In this document: in pieces, positions 43,917 to 51,755 of the stretch | Layout of the letters: every line of letters begins with the position of its first letter | Numbering within the stretch: position 1 is the stretch's first letter | DNA from: an uncultured Lachnoclostridium sp. | Lineage (GTDB): Bacteria; Bacillota; Clostridia; Lachnospirales; Lachnospiraceae | DNA: 64,000 nt | Assembly: GCA_964437345.1 (NCBI GenBank) | Contig: CAYTGQ010000001.1 | Span: 220 to 64,219, forward strand | Reading direction: 5' to 3' | Made by a program: the position numbers and the translations under genes | The notes under the pieces: generated by a model | What the model was told of the DNA's origin: nothing | Seen by the model: the letters and a program-made list of their open reading frames with translations, nothing else | Database searches by the model: none

Positions 43917-45308
43917 ATGGGTTTTTTTAAGAATCTGAAAGAAGATTTTTCCCAGGCAGTGAATGAATTGCTTCCAGAAGAGGAATTTCTTGATGAAATG
44001 GAAGAAGATTTTATTGACAATCTGGATGAAGAGTTATTGGATTTGGAAGATATTGAAAAATCAGAAAGTCTTGTCGGTGAGGAAGCAGAAGATCCTTTTG
44101 AAGAGGATGAACTTCTGAAAGAATTGCTGAAGGAGTATGAAGAGGAGAAGGTAGAAACTGAAGAAGAAGATTCTTTAGAGATGGAACCTTTTGAGGAACC
44201 AGAGCTGGGAGAAGAATTGGAGACAGAAGATGTTTTTCAGGAAGAACCAGAGTTAGAACTAGAACTGGAAATCGAATTGGAAGAATTGTTGGAAGAAGAA
44301 CCAATACTTGAGGTTGAATCAGAGGAAATACTGGAAGAAGAGCCAGAACTAGAGGTTGAGCCAGAGGAAATACTGGAGGAAGAACCGGAACCAGAGGTTG
44401 AATCAGAGGAAATACTGGAAGAAGAACCAGAACCAGAGGTTGAGCCAGAGGAAATACTGGAAGAAGAACCGGAACCAGAGGTTGAGCCAGAGGAAATACT
44501 GGAGGAAGAACCGGAACCAGAGGTTGAGCCAGAGGAAATACTGGAGGAAGAGCCAGAACCAGAGATTGAGCCAGAGGAAATACTGGAGGAAGAGCCAGAA
44601 TTAGAGGTTGAACTGGAAGAATTTTTAAATAATGATAATAATAATGAAGAAGCGGAGGAAGAAAAAATGGCAGAGATTGATGAAATGTTAGATATTGCAG
44701 AAGGAGAACTTCTGGATGATGATAGTGTAGACATGGACTTAATTGCAGAAATGCTGAATGAAGAAGAGGAAAGTTCTTTAGAAGAACTTGCTATGAATGA
44801 TGTTGCTGTGGAAGAACCAGCAGCAAAGGCTGAGGCATATACAATATCAGAAGGTCCAGCAAGTAGTGACGTAACTGTAATTACAAAAGGTACAAGAATC
44901 GTAGGTAACATTATTTCTGACAGTTCTTTAGAAATCAATGGTGCAGTAACAGGAAATATTGAATGCCTTGGCAAGTTAGCTATTAATGGACAGGTATCAG
45001 GTAACTCTTCTGCATCTGAGATTTATGTTACAACTTCTCGTTTAGAGGGTAATTTAATAAGTAAAGGTACAGTAAAATTGAGTTCCGGAACGGTAGTAAT
45101 TGGTGATATTGAAGCAGCTTCGGCTGAAATTGCAGGTGCTGTAAAGGGACAGATTGATATTAACGGACCAATTATAGTAGATTCTACTGCTATTGTAAAA
45201 GGGGATATTAAGGCAAAATCTGTACAGATTAATAATGGTGCTGTTATTGATGGACATTGTGCATTATCTTATGCAGCAGTTGATATTGACAGCTTCTTTG
45301 ACAAATAA
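43917..45308 (+). CDS. Bactofilin-domain cytoskeletal protein with ~300-aa polyacidic repeat N-terminal arm
   Basis: The C-terminal ~140 aa is a bactofilin beta-helix repeat (TRIVGNIISDSSLEINGAVTGNIECLGKLAINGQVSGN...VIGDIEAASAEIAGAVKGQIDINGPIIVDSTAIVKGDIKAKSVQINNGAVIDG). The N-terminal part is Glu-rich with eight 14-aa repeats. Confidence 0.85.
   Translation: MGFFKNLKEDFSQAVNELLPEEEFLDEMEEDFIDNLDEELLDLEDIEKSESLVGEEAEDPFEEDELLKELLKEYEEEKVETEEEDSLEMEPFEEPELGEELETEDVFQEEPELELELEIELEELLEEEPILEVESEEILEEEPELEVEPEEILEEEPEPEVESEEILEEEPEPEVEPEEILEEEPEPEVEPEEILEEEPEPEVEPEEILEEEPEPEIEPEEILEEEPELEVELEEFLNNDNNNEEAEEEKMAEIDEMLDIAEGELLDDDSVDMDLIAEMLNEEEESSLEELAMNDVAVEEPAAKAEAYTISEGPASSDVTVITKGTRIVGNIISDSSLEINGAVTGNIECLGKLAINGQVSGNSSASEIYVTTSRLEGNLISKGTVKLSSGTVVIGDIEAASAEIAGAVKGQIDINGPIIVDSTAIVKGDIKAKSVQINNGAVIDGHCALSYAAVDIDSFFDK
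44292..44627 (+). repeat. Eight in-frame tandem 42-bp repeats (14 aa, EEEPEPEVEPEEIL) inside the bactofilin gene
   Basis: Units start at 44292, 44334, 44376, 44418, 44460, 44502, 44544 and 44586. Units 4-6 differ from each other at only 1-2 synonymous positions, while the outer units are more diverged. Confidence 0.95.
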
Positions 45309-45336
45309 GTTTAAACCATTATGATGGAGGTTTAAC

Positions 45337-46041
45337 ATGAGCGAATATAAGAGAGTTATGCTGAAGCTCAGTGGAGAAGCTTTAGCAGGCGAGAAAAAGC
45401 ATGGTTTTGATGAAGCAACTTGTATTGAAGTTGCCGAACAGGTAAAACAGTTAGTAGACAAAGGGATTCAAGTAGGTATTGTTATTGGTGGCGGTAATTT
45501 CTGGAGAGGAAGAACCAGCGAAACCATTGACCGCACCAAGGCAGACCAGATTGGTATGCTGGCTACTATTATGAACTGCATTTATGTATCGGAAATTTTC
45601 CGTCATGTAGGAATGAAAACACAGATTCTGACACCGTTTGAGTGTGGTTCTATGACAAAACTGTTTTCAAAAGACAGAGCTAATAAATATTTTGAAAAAG
45701 GTATGGTAGTGTTCTTTGCAGGTGGAACCGGACATCCATATTTTTCTACAGATACAGGAATTGTACTTCGTGCTATTGAAATGGAAGCAGATGTTATTTT
45801 ACTTGCAAAAGCCATTGATGGTGTGTATGACAGTGATCCTAAAGATAATCCTGCTGCAAAAAAATATGATGTGGTTTCTATGCAGGAAGTTCTGGATAAA
45901 CAGTTAAAGGTAATTGATCTGACAGCGACAATTATGTGTCTGGAAAATAAGATGCCATTACTGGTATTTGGGCTGAATGAAGAAAACAGTATTGTAAACA
46001 CTGTAGATGGCAAGTTTACCGGAACTAAGGTTACTGTTTAG
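45337..46041 (+). CDS. pyrH: UMP kinase
   Basis: [13 protein letters not shown]...[11 protein letters not shown]...[11 protein letters not shown] is canonical PyrH. RBS GGAGG. Confidence 0.96.
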   Translation: MSEYKRVMLKLSGEALAGEKKHGFDEATCIEVAEQVKQLVDKGIQVGIVIGGGNFWRGRTSETIDRTKADQIGMLATIMNCIYVSEIFRHVGMKTQILTPFECGSMTKLFSKDRANKYFEKGMVVFFAGGTGHPYFSTDTGIVLRAIEMEADVILLAKAIDGVYDSDPKDNPAAKKYDVVSMQEVLDKQLKVIDLTATIMCLENKMPLLVFGLNEENSIVNTVDGKFTGTKVTV

Positions 46042-46084
46042 TCAAAAGAATGATTTGAAAATAATAAAAGATGGGAGAATCTTT

Positions 46085-46636
46085 ATGAGTGATATTACAA
46101 AATACGAAGAGAAAATGAAAAAATCCCTTGGCAGCTTGGAAGAAGAATATGCTTCCATTCGTGCAGGAAGAGCAAATCCACATTTATTGGATAAGTTAAA
46201 GGTTGATTACTACGGACAGCCATCTGGTTTACAGTCTGTAGCAAATATCTCTGTTCCAGAAGCAAGAGTTATTTTAATCCAGCCATGGGAATCTTCTTTA
46301 ATTAAAGAAATTGAAAAGGCAATTCTCGCTTCTGACCTTGGTTTAACACCAAGTAACGACGGAAAAGCAATTCGTCTTGTTTTTCCTGAATTAACAGAAG
46401 AACGTCGTAAAGAACTTGTTAAAGATGTTAAGAAAAAAGCTGAAAATGCAAAAGTAGCAATTCGCAATATTAGAAGAGATGCTAATGACGCGTTTAAGAA
46501 AGCAAACAAAGCAAATGAAATTTCTGAAGATGAATTAAAACAGGTAGAAACACAGATTCAGAAAGTTACAGATAAGTATATCGAAGAAATTGATAAAGCT
46601 ATGGAAGCTAAATCTAAAGAAATTCTTACAGTGTAG
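46085..46636 (+). CDS. frr: Ribosome recycling factor
   Basis: [34 protein letters not shown]...[11 protein letters not shown]... is canonical Frr. ATG 46085 (GGGAG 7 nt upstream) is preferred; the ORF-track start 46007 overlaps pyrH. Confidence 0.96.
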   Translation: MSDITKYEEKMKKSLGSLEEEYASIRAGRANPHLLDKLKVDYYGQPSGLQSVANISVPEARVILIQPWESSLIKEIEKAILASDLGLTPSNDGKAIRLVFPELTEERRKELVKDVKKKAENAKVAIRNIRRDANDAFKKANKANEISEDELKQVETQIQKVTDKYIEEIDKAMEAKSKEILTV

Positions 46637-46663
46637 AAAATGGATTAAATACATGATATAATT

Positions 46664-46703
46664 ATAGCTGTAAAGGTCCTTGTATTAGGATTTTTACAGC
46701 TAT
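46664..46703 (+). terminator. Long hairpin after frr
   Basis: ATAGCTGTAAAGGTCCT (46664-46680) pairs with AGGATTTTTACAGCTAT (46687-46703) with two G-U pairs. No T-run follows the full stem, so terminator efficiency is uncertain. Confidence 0.45.
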
Positions 46704-46768
46704 AATGCCATAAATAATAAAATGATTTATGATTTCGTGGAATTTAAAAGGAATAAAGGTGATATACA

Positions 46769-47488
46769 ATGGAGCAAAAAGAAATGAAAATCCCCCAGCA
46801 TGTTGCTATTATTTTAGATGGAAATGGACGCTGGGCTAAAAAGAGGATGCTTCCACGAACAGCCGGTCACACACAGGGAAGCAAAACAGTGGAGAAAATA
46901 TGCAAAGTAGCCACAGAAATGGGAATAAAGTATTTAACAGTGTATGCCTTTTCTACAGAGAACTGGTCCAGACCTCAGGAAGAAATCAATGTTTTGATGA
47001 ATCTTCTGGGGACATATTTGAATGACTGTATCAAAAACTGTAGAAAAAATAATATGGTAGTGAAAATAATCGGAGAAGTGGCTCCGTTAAGAGATGATTT
47101 GAAGGAAAAGATAAAAGAATTGGAAGAGGAATCTGCAAATAATACAGGACTTTACCTTCAGGTAGCAATAAATTATGGCGGTAGAGATGAAATCCTTCGT
47201 AGTGTGCGTAACATGCTGAAGGATTATGGAGATAATAAATTTAGCATTGATGAAGTGGATGAACAGAAATTCGCTTCATATCTGGATACAGCAGGGATTC
47301 CGGATCCGGATCTTTTGATTCGTACTAGTGGTGAACAGCGATTATCTAATTATCTGCTTTGGCAGCTTGCCTATACAGAATTTTATTTTACAGATGTATT
47401 ATGGCCGGATTTTGATAAAGAGGAATTAGAAAAAGCTATTGAATACTATAATGGAAGAGACAGACGTTTTGGAGGAGTAAAAGCGTAA
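46769..47488 (+). CDS. uppS: Undecaprenyl diphosphate synthase (isoprenyl transferase)
   Basis: PQHVAIILDGNGRWA, YAFSTENWSRP, and RTSGEQRLSNYLLWQLAYTEFYF. Confidence 0.95.
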   Translation: MEQKEMKIPQHVAIILDGNGRWAKKRMLPRTAGHTQGSKTVEKICKVATEMGIKYLTVYAFSTENWSRPQEEINVLMNLLGTYLNDCIKNCRKNNMVVKIIGEVAPLRDDLKEKIKELEEESANNTGLYLQVAINYGGRDEILRSVRNMLKDYGDNKFSIDEVDEQKFASYLDTAGIPDPDLLIRTSGEQRLSNYLLWQLAYTEFYFTDVLWPDFDKEELEKAIEYYNGRDRRFGGVKA

Positions 47489-47489
47489 T

Positions 47490-48296
47490 ATGTTTGGTGA
47501 AAGATTAGCAAGTGGAGTCGTGTTGCTGGCAATTACAATTTTTGTCGTATTTACTGGTGGAAATATACTTTATGCGACAGTAACAGCGATTTCCCTGGTT
47601 GGATTAATGGAATTGTACAGAGTACTTGATTTTCATAAGACACCTTTGGCATTTGCAGGCTATGCAGGAAGCTTATTAATTGATGGTATTATATTAATTG
47701 GAAGAGAAGAATTATTACTGCATGTTTTGATTGGATTAATGATGCTGTTTTTAGCAATTTATGTTCTGATGTATCCAAGATACAATTCAAAGCACATTAC
47801 AATGGCATTTTTTGGGCTTTTCTATGTGACAATTATGCTGTCATACATTTATAGAATTCGTATGATGGATGATGGGCTTTTATTGGTGTGGCTGATTTTC
47901 ATAGGAGCATGGGGGTCAGATACTTGTGCTTATTGTGTTGGAATGTTATTTGGTAAGCATAAATTTAAAGGCCAGCTTGCAACGTTAAGTCCAAAGAAAA
48001 GTATTGAAGGCTGTGTCGGTGGTGTTGTAGGTGCGGCATTAATTGGTGCTATTTATGGATATTTTGCAAAAGATGCATTGGTTCAGATTAGTGATCCGAT
48101 CTTTGTGTTTGCTGTAATTGGTGGAATTTCATCTGTAATTGCACAGATTGGCGATTTGACAGCTTCTGCAATCAAGAGAAATCACAATATCAAAGATTAT
48201 GGAAGACTGATTCCAGGTCATGGAGGAATTCTGGATCGATTTGACAGTATTATTTTCACAGCACCTATGGTATATATTCTGGCAGTTTTATTGTAG
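47490..48296 (+). CDS. cdsA: Phosphatidate cytidylyltransferase
   Basis: Polytopic protein with C-terminal signature SAIKRNHNIKDYGRLIPGHGGILDRFDS. Confidence 0.92.
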   Translation: MFGERLASGVVLLAITIFVVFTGGNILYATVTAISLVGLMELYRVLDFHKTPLAFAGYAGSLLIDGIILIGREELLLHVLIGLMMLFLAIYVLMYPRYNSKHITMAFFGLFYVTIMLSYIYRIRMMDDGLLLVWLIFIGAWGSDTCAYCVGMLFGKHKFKGQLATLSPKKSIEGCVGGVVGAALIGAIYGYFAKDALVQISDPIFVFAVIGGISSVIAQIGDLTASAIKRNHNIKDYGRLIPGHGGILDRFDSIIFTAPMVYILAVLL

Positions 48297-48341
48297 GAAA
48301 ATTTGTATTTCCGTGCAGGAAACTTTCAGAAGGAGGACAAT

Positions 48342-49490
48342 ATGAAGAAAGTAGCGATTTTAGGCTCAACAGGTTCTATTGGAACGCAGACATTAGAAGT
48401 GGTAAGAGCGTATAGTAATGAATTTGAAGTGACTGCTTTAGCAGCAGGAAACAACATCACGTTATTAGAACAGCAGATTTTGGAGTTTAGACCCAAGGTA
48501 GTCTGTGTCTGGGATGAAAAGAAAGCAAAAGAATTAAAAGGCAAAATAAGTCATCTGGACATACCTGTATTGTCAGGAATGGATGGTTTAATTGCATGTG
48601 CAACAGAAAAAACTGCAAATATTGTAGTTGGTGCAGTGGTTGGTATGATTGGGATTTTGCCTACCATTGAAGCAATTAAGGCAGGAAAAGACATTGCCAT
48701 TGCCAATAAAGAAACTCTTGTAACAGCAGGTCATATTATTATGCCGCTGGCAAAAGAAAGAAATGTAGCGCTTTTGCCGGTAGATAGTGAACATTCTGCA
48801 ATTTTTCAAGTATTACATGGAGAAGATAAAAAAGAAGTAAGTAAAGTGATTTTAACAGCTTCCGGTGGGCCTTTCAGAGGAAAAACATTAAAGGATTTAG
48901 CAAATATACAGGTAGAAGATGCATTAAAGCATCCTAACTGGGCAATGGGACAGAAGATAACAATTGATTCTTCCACAATGGTCAATAAAGGATTAGAAGT
49001 TATGGAAGCAAAATGGCTTTTTGATGTGGATTTTGACCAGATTGAAGTAGTAATCCAGCCACAGAGTGTGATTCATTCTATGGTAGAGTTTAGAGATGGC
49101 GCAGTTTTAGCACAGCTTGGGACACCGGATATGAGGCTTCCAATTCAGTACGCATTATTCTACCCTAGTAGAAAACCTTTAGATGGAGACAGACTGGACT
49201 TTAGAAAAATCGGAAAAATTGATTTTGAGGAGCCAGATATGGAAACTTTTAGAGGACTTAAGCTGGCTTATGAAGTCGGAAGAAAAGGCGGAAGTATGCC
49301 AACAGTTTTCAACGCGGCCAATGAAATGGCAGTTGCGAAATTTTTAAAGAGAGAAATCCGCTATCTGGAAATTCCGGAAATGATTGAATATGCACTTAGC
49401 AGACATACATGGAATCCAAATCCAAGTCTGGAAGAGATTCTTGCAATCGAAGCAGATACTTATGAAAATATTAGGAGTAAGTGGAATTAA
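48342..49490 (+). CDS. dxr: 1-deoxy-D-xylulose 5-phosphate reductoisomerase
   Basis: MKKVAILGSTGSIGTQTL, LPVDSEHSAIFQ, TASGGPFR, and HPNWAMGQKITIDS. ATG 48342 lies after AGGAGG. Confidence 0.96.
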   Translation: MKKVAILGSTGSIGTQTLEVVRAYSNEFEVTALAAGNNITLLEQQILEFRPKVVCVWDEKKAKELKGKISHLDIPVLSGMDGLIACATEKTANIVVGAVVGMIGILPTIEAIKAGKDIAIANKETLVTAGHIIMPLAKERNVALLPVDSEHSAIFQVLHGEDKKEVSKVILTASGGPFRGKTLKDLANIQVEDALKHPNWAMGQKITIDSSTMVNKGLEVMEAKWLFDVDFDQIEVVIQPQSVIHSMVEFRDGAVLAQLGTPDMRLPIQYALFYPSRKPLDGDRLDFRKIGKIDFEEPDMETFRGLKLAYEVGRKGGSMPTVFNAANEMAVAKFLKREIRYLEIPEMIEYALSRHTWNPNPSLEEILAIEADTYENIRSKWN

Positions 49491-49516
49491 TTTGAGTTTT
49501 AGAATGGAGTAAATAT

Positions 49517-50623
49517 ATGAACATAATTGTAGCAATATTGATTTTTACCCTGATTGTAGTAATACATGAGTTTGGGCATTTTCTTCTGGCAAAGAAAAAC
49601 GGTGTGGGAGTTATTGAATTCTCTGTAGGTATGGGACCAAGACTGATTACTTTTGCTAAAAATGAATCCGGTTCTAAAGTGTGGTGGGGAATGTCCCAGA
49701 AGCAGTTTGAAGGGCTTGAAGGTTTTGATGAAATTACGAAGTATTCATGGAAATTACTGCCAATTGGCGGTTCCTGTATGATGGTAGGAGAGGATGAAGT
49801 TGTAGAAGCGGATAATGCTTTTGGGAAAAAGGGTGTATGGGCAAGATTTTCTGTTATTTTTGCCGGACCATTTTTTAACTTTATTCTGGCATTCTTACTT
49901 TCTATGATTTTAATTGGCTTTGCAGGCTATGATGCACCGATTGTACCAGAAGTACAGGCAGGATATCCTATGAGTGAAGCGGGAATTCAGGCTGGAGACA
50001 GAATTATTTCCATTAATGGGGATAGAATTGACATTTTCCGCGAAATCACAGCATTTTTTCAGTTTAATCCTATAACAGAGGATTCGGTGCTGGAAATTGT
50101 TTACGAACGTAATGGAGAACAGAAAAATGCGGTGGTGCGACCAATTCAGAATGAAGCAGGAGCATGGATGGTTGGTATTACATTAAGAAGCACATACCAA
50201 AAAGCTTCTTTACCAGAAGTTGTAAAATATGGTCTGATAGAGGTAAAATACTGGATTAAGACAACATTAGAAACAGTTGGTCAGCTTGTAGTTGGAAAAA
50301 TTGGGAAGGATGAAATATCCGGTCCGGTTGGTATTGTTAATATGGTTGGCGGAGTTATTGAGGAAAGTTCAGAATATGGTGCAATGACTGTATTTTTAAA
50401 TGTTTTAAATATGTGTATTTTATTAAGTGCAAATTTAGGTGTTATGAATCTTCTTCCGCTTCCGGCGTTAGATGGTGGAAGACTGGTATTTATCCTCATT
50501 GAAGCTGTAAGAGGCAAGCCAATTGACCAGGAAAAGGAAGCAATGGTGCATCTGATAGGTCTGGCAGCATTGATGTTATTAATGGTATTTGTAATGTATA
50601 ATGATATTACACGTTTGTTTTAA
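49517..50623 (+). CDS. rseP: Site-2 (RIP) zinc metalloprotease RseP/RasP
   Basis: HEFGHF zinc motif, PDZ region (AGIQAGDRIISING), and NLLPLPALDGG. Confidence 0.92.
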   Translation: MNIIVAILIFTLIVVIHEFGHFLLAKKNGVGVIEFSVGMGPRLITFAKNESGSKVWWGMSQKQFEGLEGFDEITKYSWKLLPIGGSCMMVGEDEVVEADNAFGKKGVWARFSVIFAGPFFNFILAFLLSMILIGFAGYDAPIVPEVQAGYPMSEAGIQAGDRIISINGDRIDIFREITAFFQFNPITEDSVLEIVYERNGEQKNAVVRPIQNEAGAWMVGITLRSTYQKASLPEVVKYGLIEVKYWIKTTLETVGQLVVGKIGKDEISGPVGIVNMVGGVIEESSEYGAMTVFLNVLNMCILLSANLGVMNLLPLPALDGGRLVFILIEAVRGKPIDQEKEAMVHLIGLAALMLLMVFVMYNDITRLF

Positions 50624-50684
50624 AGGATAAACAGGCAATGACAAATGACATCCAATGGATGTGTATCGTGGAAAAGAGGTAATT

Positions 50685-51740
50685 ATGTTTAGAGATAATA
50701 CAAAAGTAATTACAATTGGAGATAGAAAAATTGGTGGTGGCAATCCAGTATTAATTCAGTCCATGACTAATACAAAAACAGAAGATGTGGAAGCAACAGT
50801 AGCACAGATTTTGGAATTGGAAAAAGCAGGCTGTGACATTATACGTTGTGCAGTTCCCACAATGGAGGCAGCAAAGGCTCTTGCCGAAATAAAAAGACAG
50901 ATTCATATTCCTCTGGTTGCAGATATTCATTTTGATTACAAATTGGCAATTGCTGCTATGGAAAATGGTGCAGATAAGATCCGTATTAATCCGGGAAATA
51001 TCGGTGACAGAGACAGAGTAGAAAAAGTGATTGCAGTTGCCAAAGAGAGAAAGATTCCAATTCGCGTTGGAGTAAACAGTGGCTCATTAGAAAAGCATTT
51101 AATTGAAAAATATGGTTCTGTAACTGCAGAGGGACTGGTAGAGAGTGCTTTGGATAAGGTAAAGCTTATTGAAGAAATGGGTTATGATAATCTGGTTATC
51201 AGTATTAAATCATCTAATGTTTTAATGTGCATCAAAGCTCATGAGCTGATTGCAAAGCAGACAAAATATCCTCTTCATGTGGGAATTACAGAATCAGGTA
51301 CTGTATATTCCGGTAATATCAAATCATCTGTTGGATTAGGTGCTATTCTTTCTCAGGGAATTGGTGATACAATTCGTGTATCTTTAACTGGAGCACCTTT
51401 GGAAGAAATCAAGACAGCCAAAGCTGTTCTTAAAACATTAGGACTCAGAAAAGGCGGAATTGAAGTAGTATCCTGTCCAACCTGTGGAAGAACCCGTATT
51501 GATTTAATAGGACTTGCTAATAAAGTGGAAGATATGGTACAGGATATTGATTTGGATATCAAAGTTGCTGTTATGGGTTGTGTGGTTAACGGCCCTGGAG
51601 AAGCAAGAGAAGCAGATATTGGAGTTGCCGGTGGTGTTGGTGAAGGTCTGCTAATCAAAAAAGGAGAAATTGTAAAGAAAGTGCCGGAAGATAAGCTTTT
51701 GGAAGCTTTAAGAGAAGAATTACTCCATTGGGGCAAATAA
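50685..51740 (+). CDS. ispG: 4-hydroxy-3-methylbut-2-enyl diphosphate synthase (flavodoxin-dependent)
   Basis: IGGGNPVLIQSMTNT, RINPGNIG, VSCPTCGRT, and MGCVVNGPGEA. ATG 50685 lies after AAGAGG. Confidence 0.96.
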   Translation: MFRDNTKVITIGDRKIGGGNPVLIQSMTNTKTEDVEATVAQILELEKAGCDIIRCAVPTMEAAKALAEIKRQIHIPLVADIHFDYKLAIAAMENGADKIRINPGNIGDRDRVEKVIAVAKERKIPIRVGVNSGSLEKHLIEKYGSVTAEGLVESALDKVKLIEEMGYDNLVISIKSSNVLMCIKAHELIAKQTKYPLHVGITESGTVYSGNIKSSVGLGAILSQGIGDTIRVSLTGAPLEEIKTAKAVLKTLGLRKGGIEVVSCPTCGRTRIDLIGLANKVEDMVQDIDLDIKVAVMGCVVNGPGEAREADIGVAGGVGEGLLIKKGEIVKKVPEDKLLEALREELLHWGK

Positions 51741-51755
51741 AAAAGAGGTAATTGT

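Noticed and set aside
44292-44627. Regularly spaced 42-bp repeats could superficially look like a CRISPR array.
   Set aside because: The units are directly abutting with no spacers, are in frame within a long CDS, are not palindromic, and no cas genes are present.
44237-44974. A 245-aa Ser/Gly-rich ORF on the minus strand, and an 82-aa QRKYWRKNRNQRL-repeat ORF (44356-44604, +) in another frame.
   Set aside because: Both are frame shadows of the GAA/GAG-rich 42-bp tandem repeat inside the bactofilin gene. They have no RBS, purely repetitive sequence, and the sense frame continues into a well-formed bactofilin domain.
45309-45335. A GTTTAAACC...GGTTTAAC pairing overlapping the pyrH RBS as a possible translational control hairpin.
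   Set aside because: The pairing is imperfect (arms of unequal length), short and AT-rich. Its predicted stability is too low to argue for regulation.
25291-45336. The 20-kb block as a classical genomic island, prophage or integrative element.
   Set aside because: I found no integrase, recombinase, transposase, tRNA/tmRNA attachment site, flanking direct repeats or phage genes. The genes are co-oriented with the flanks. It is kept only as a synteny-break observation.
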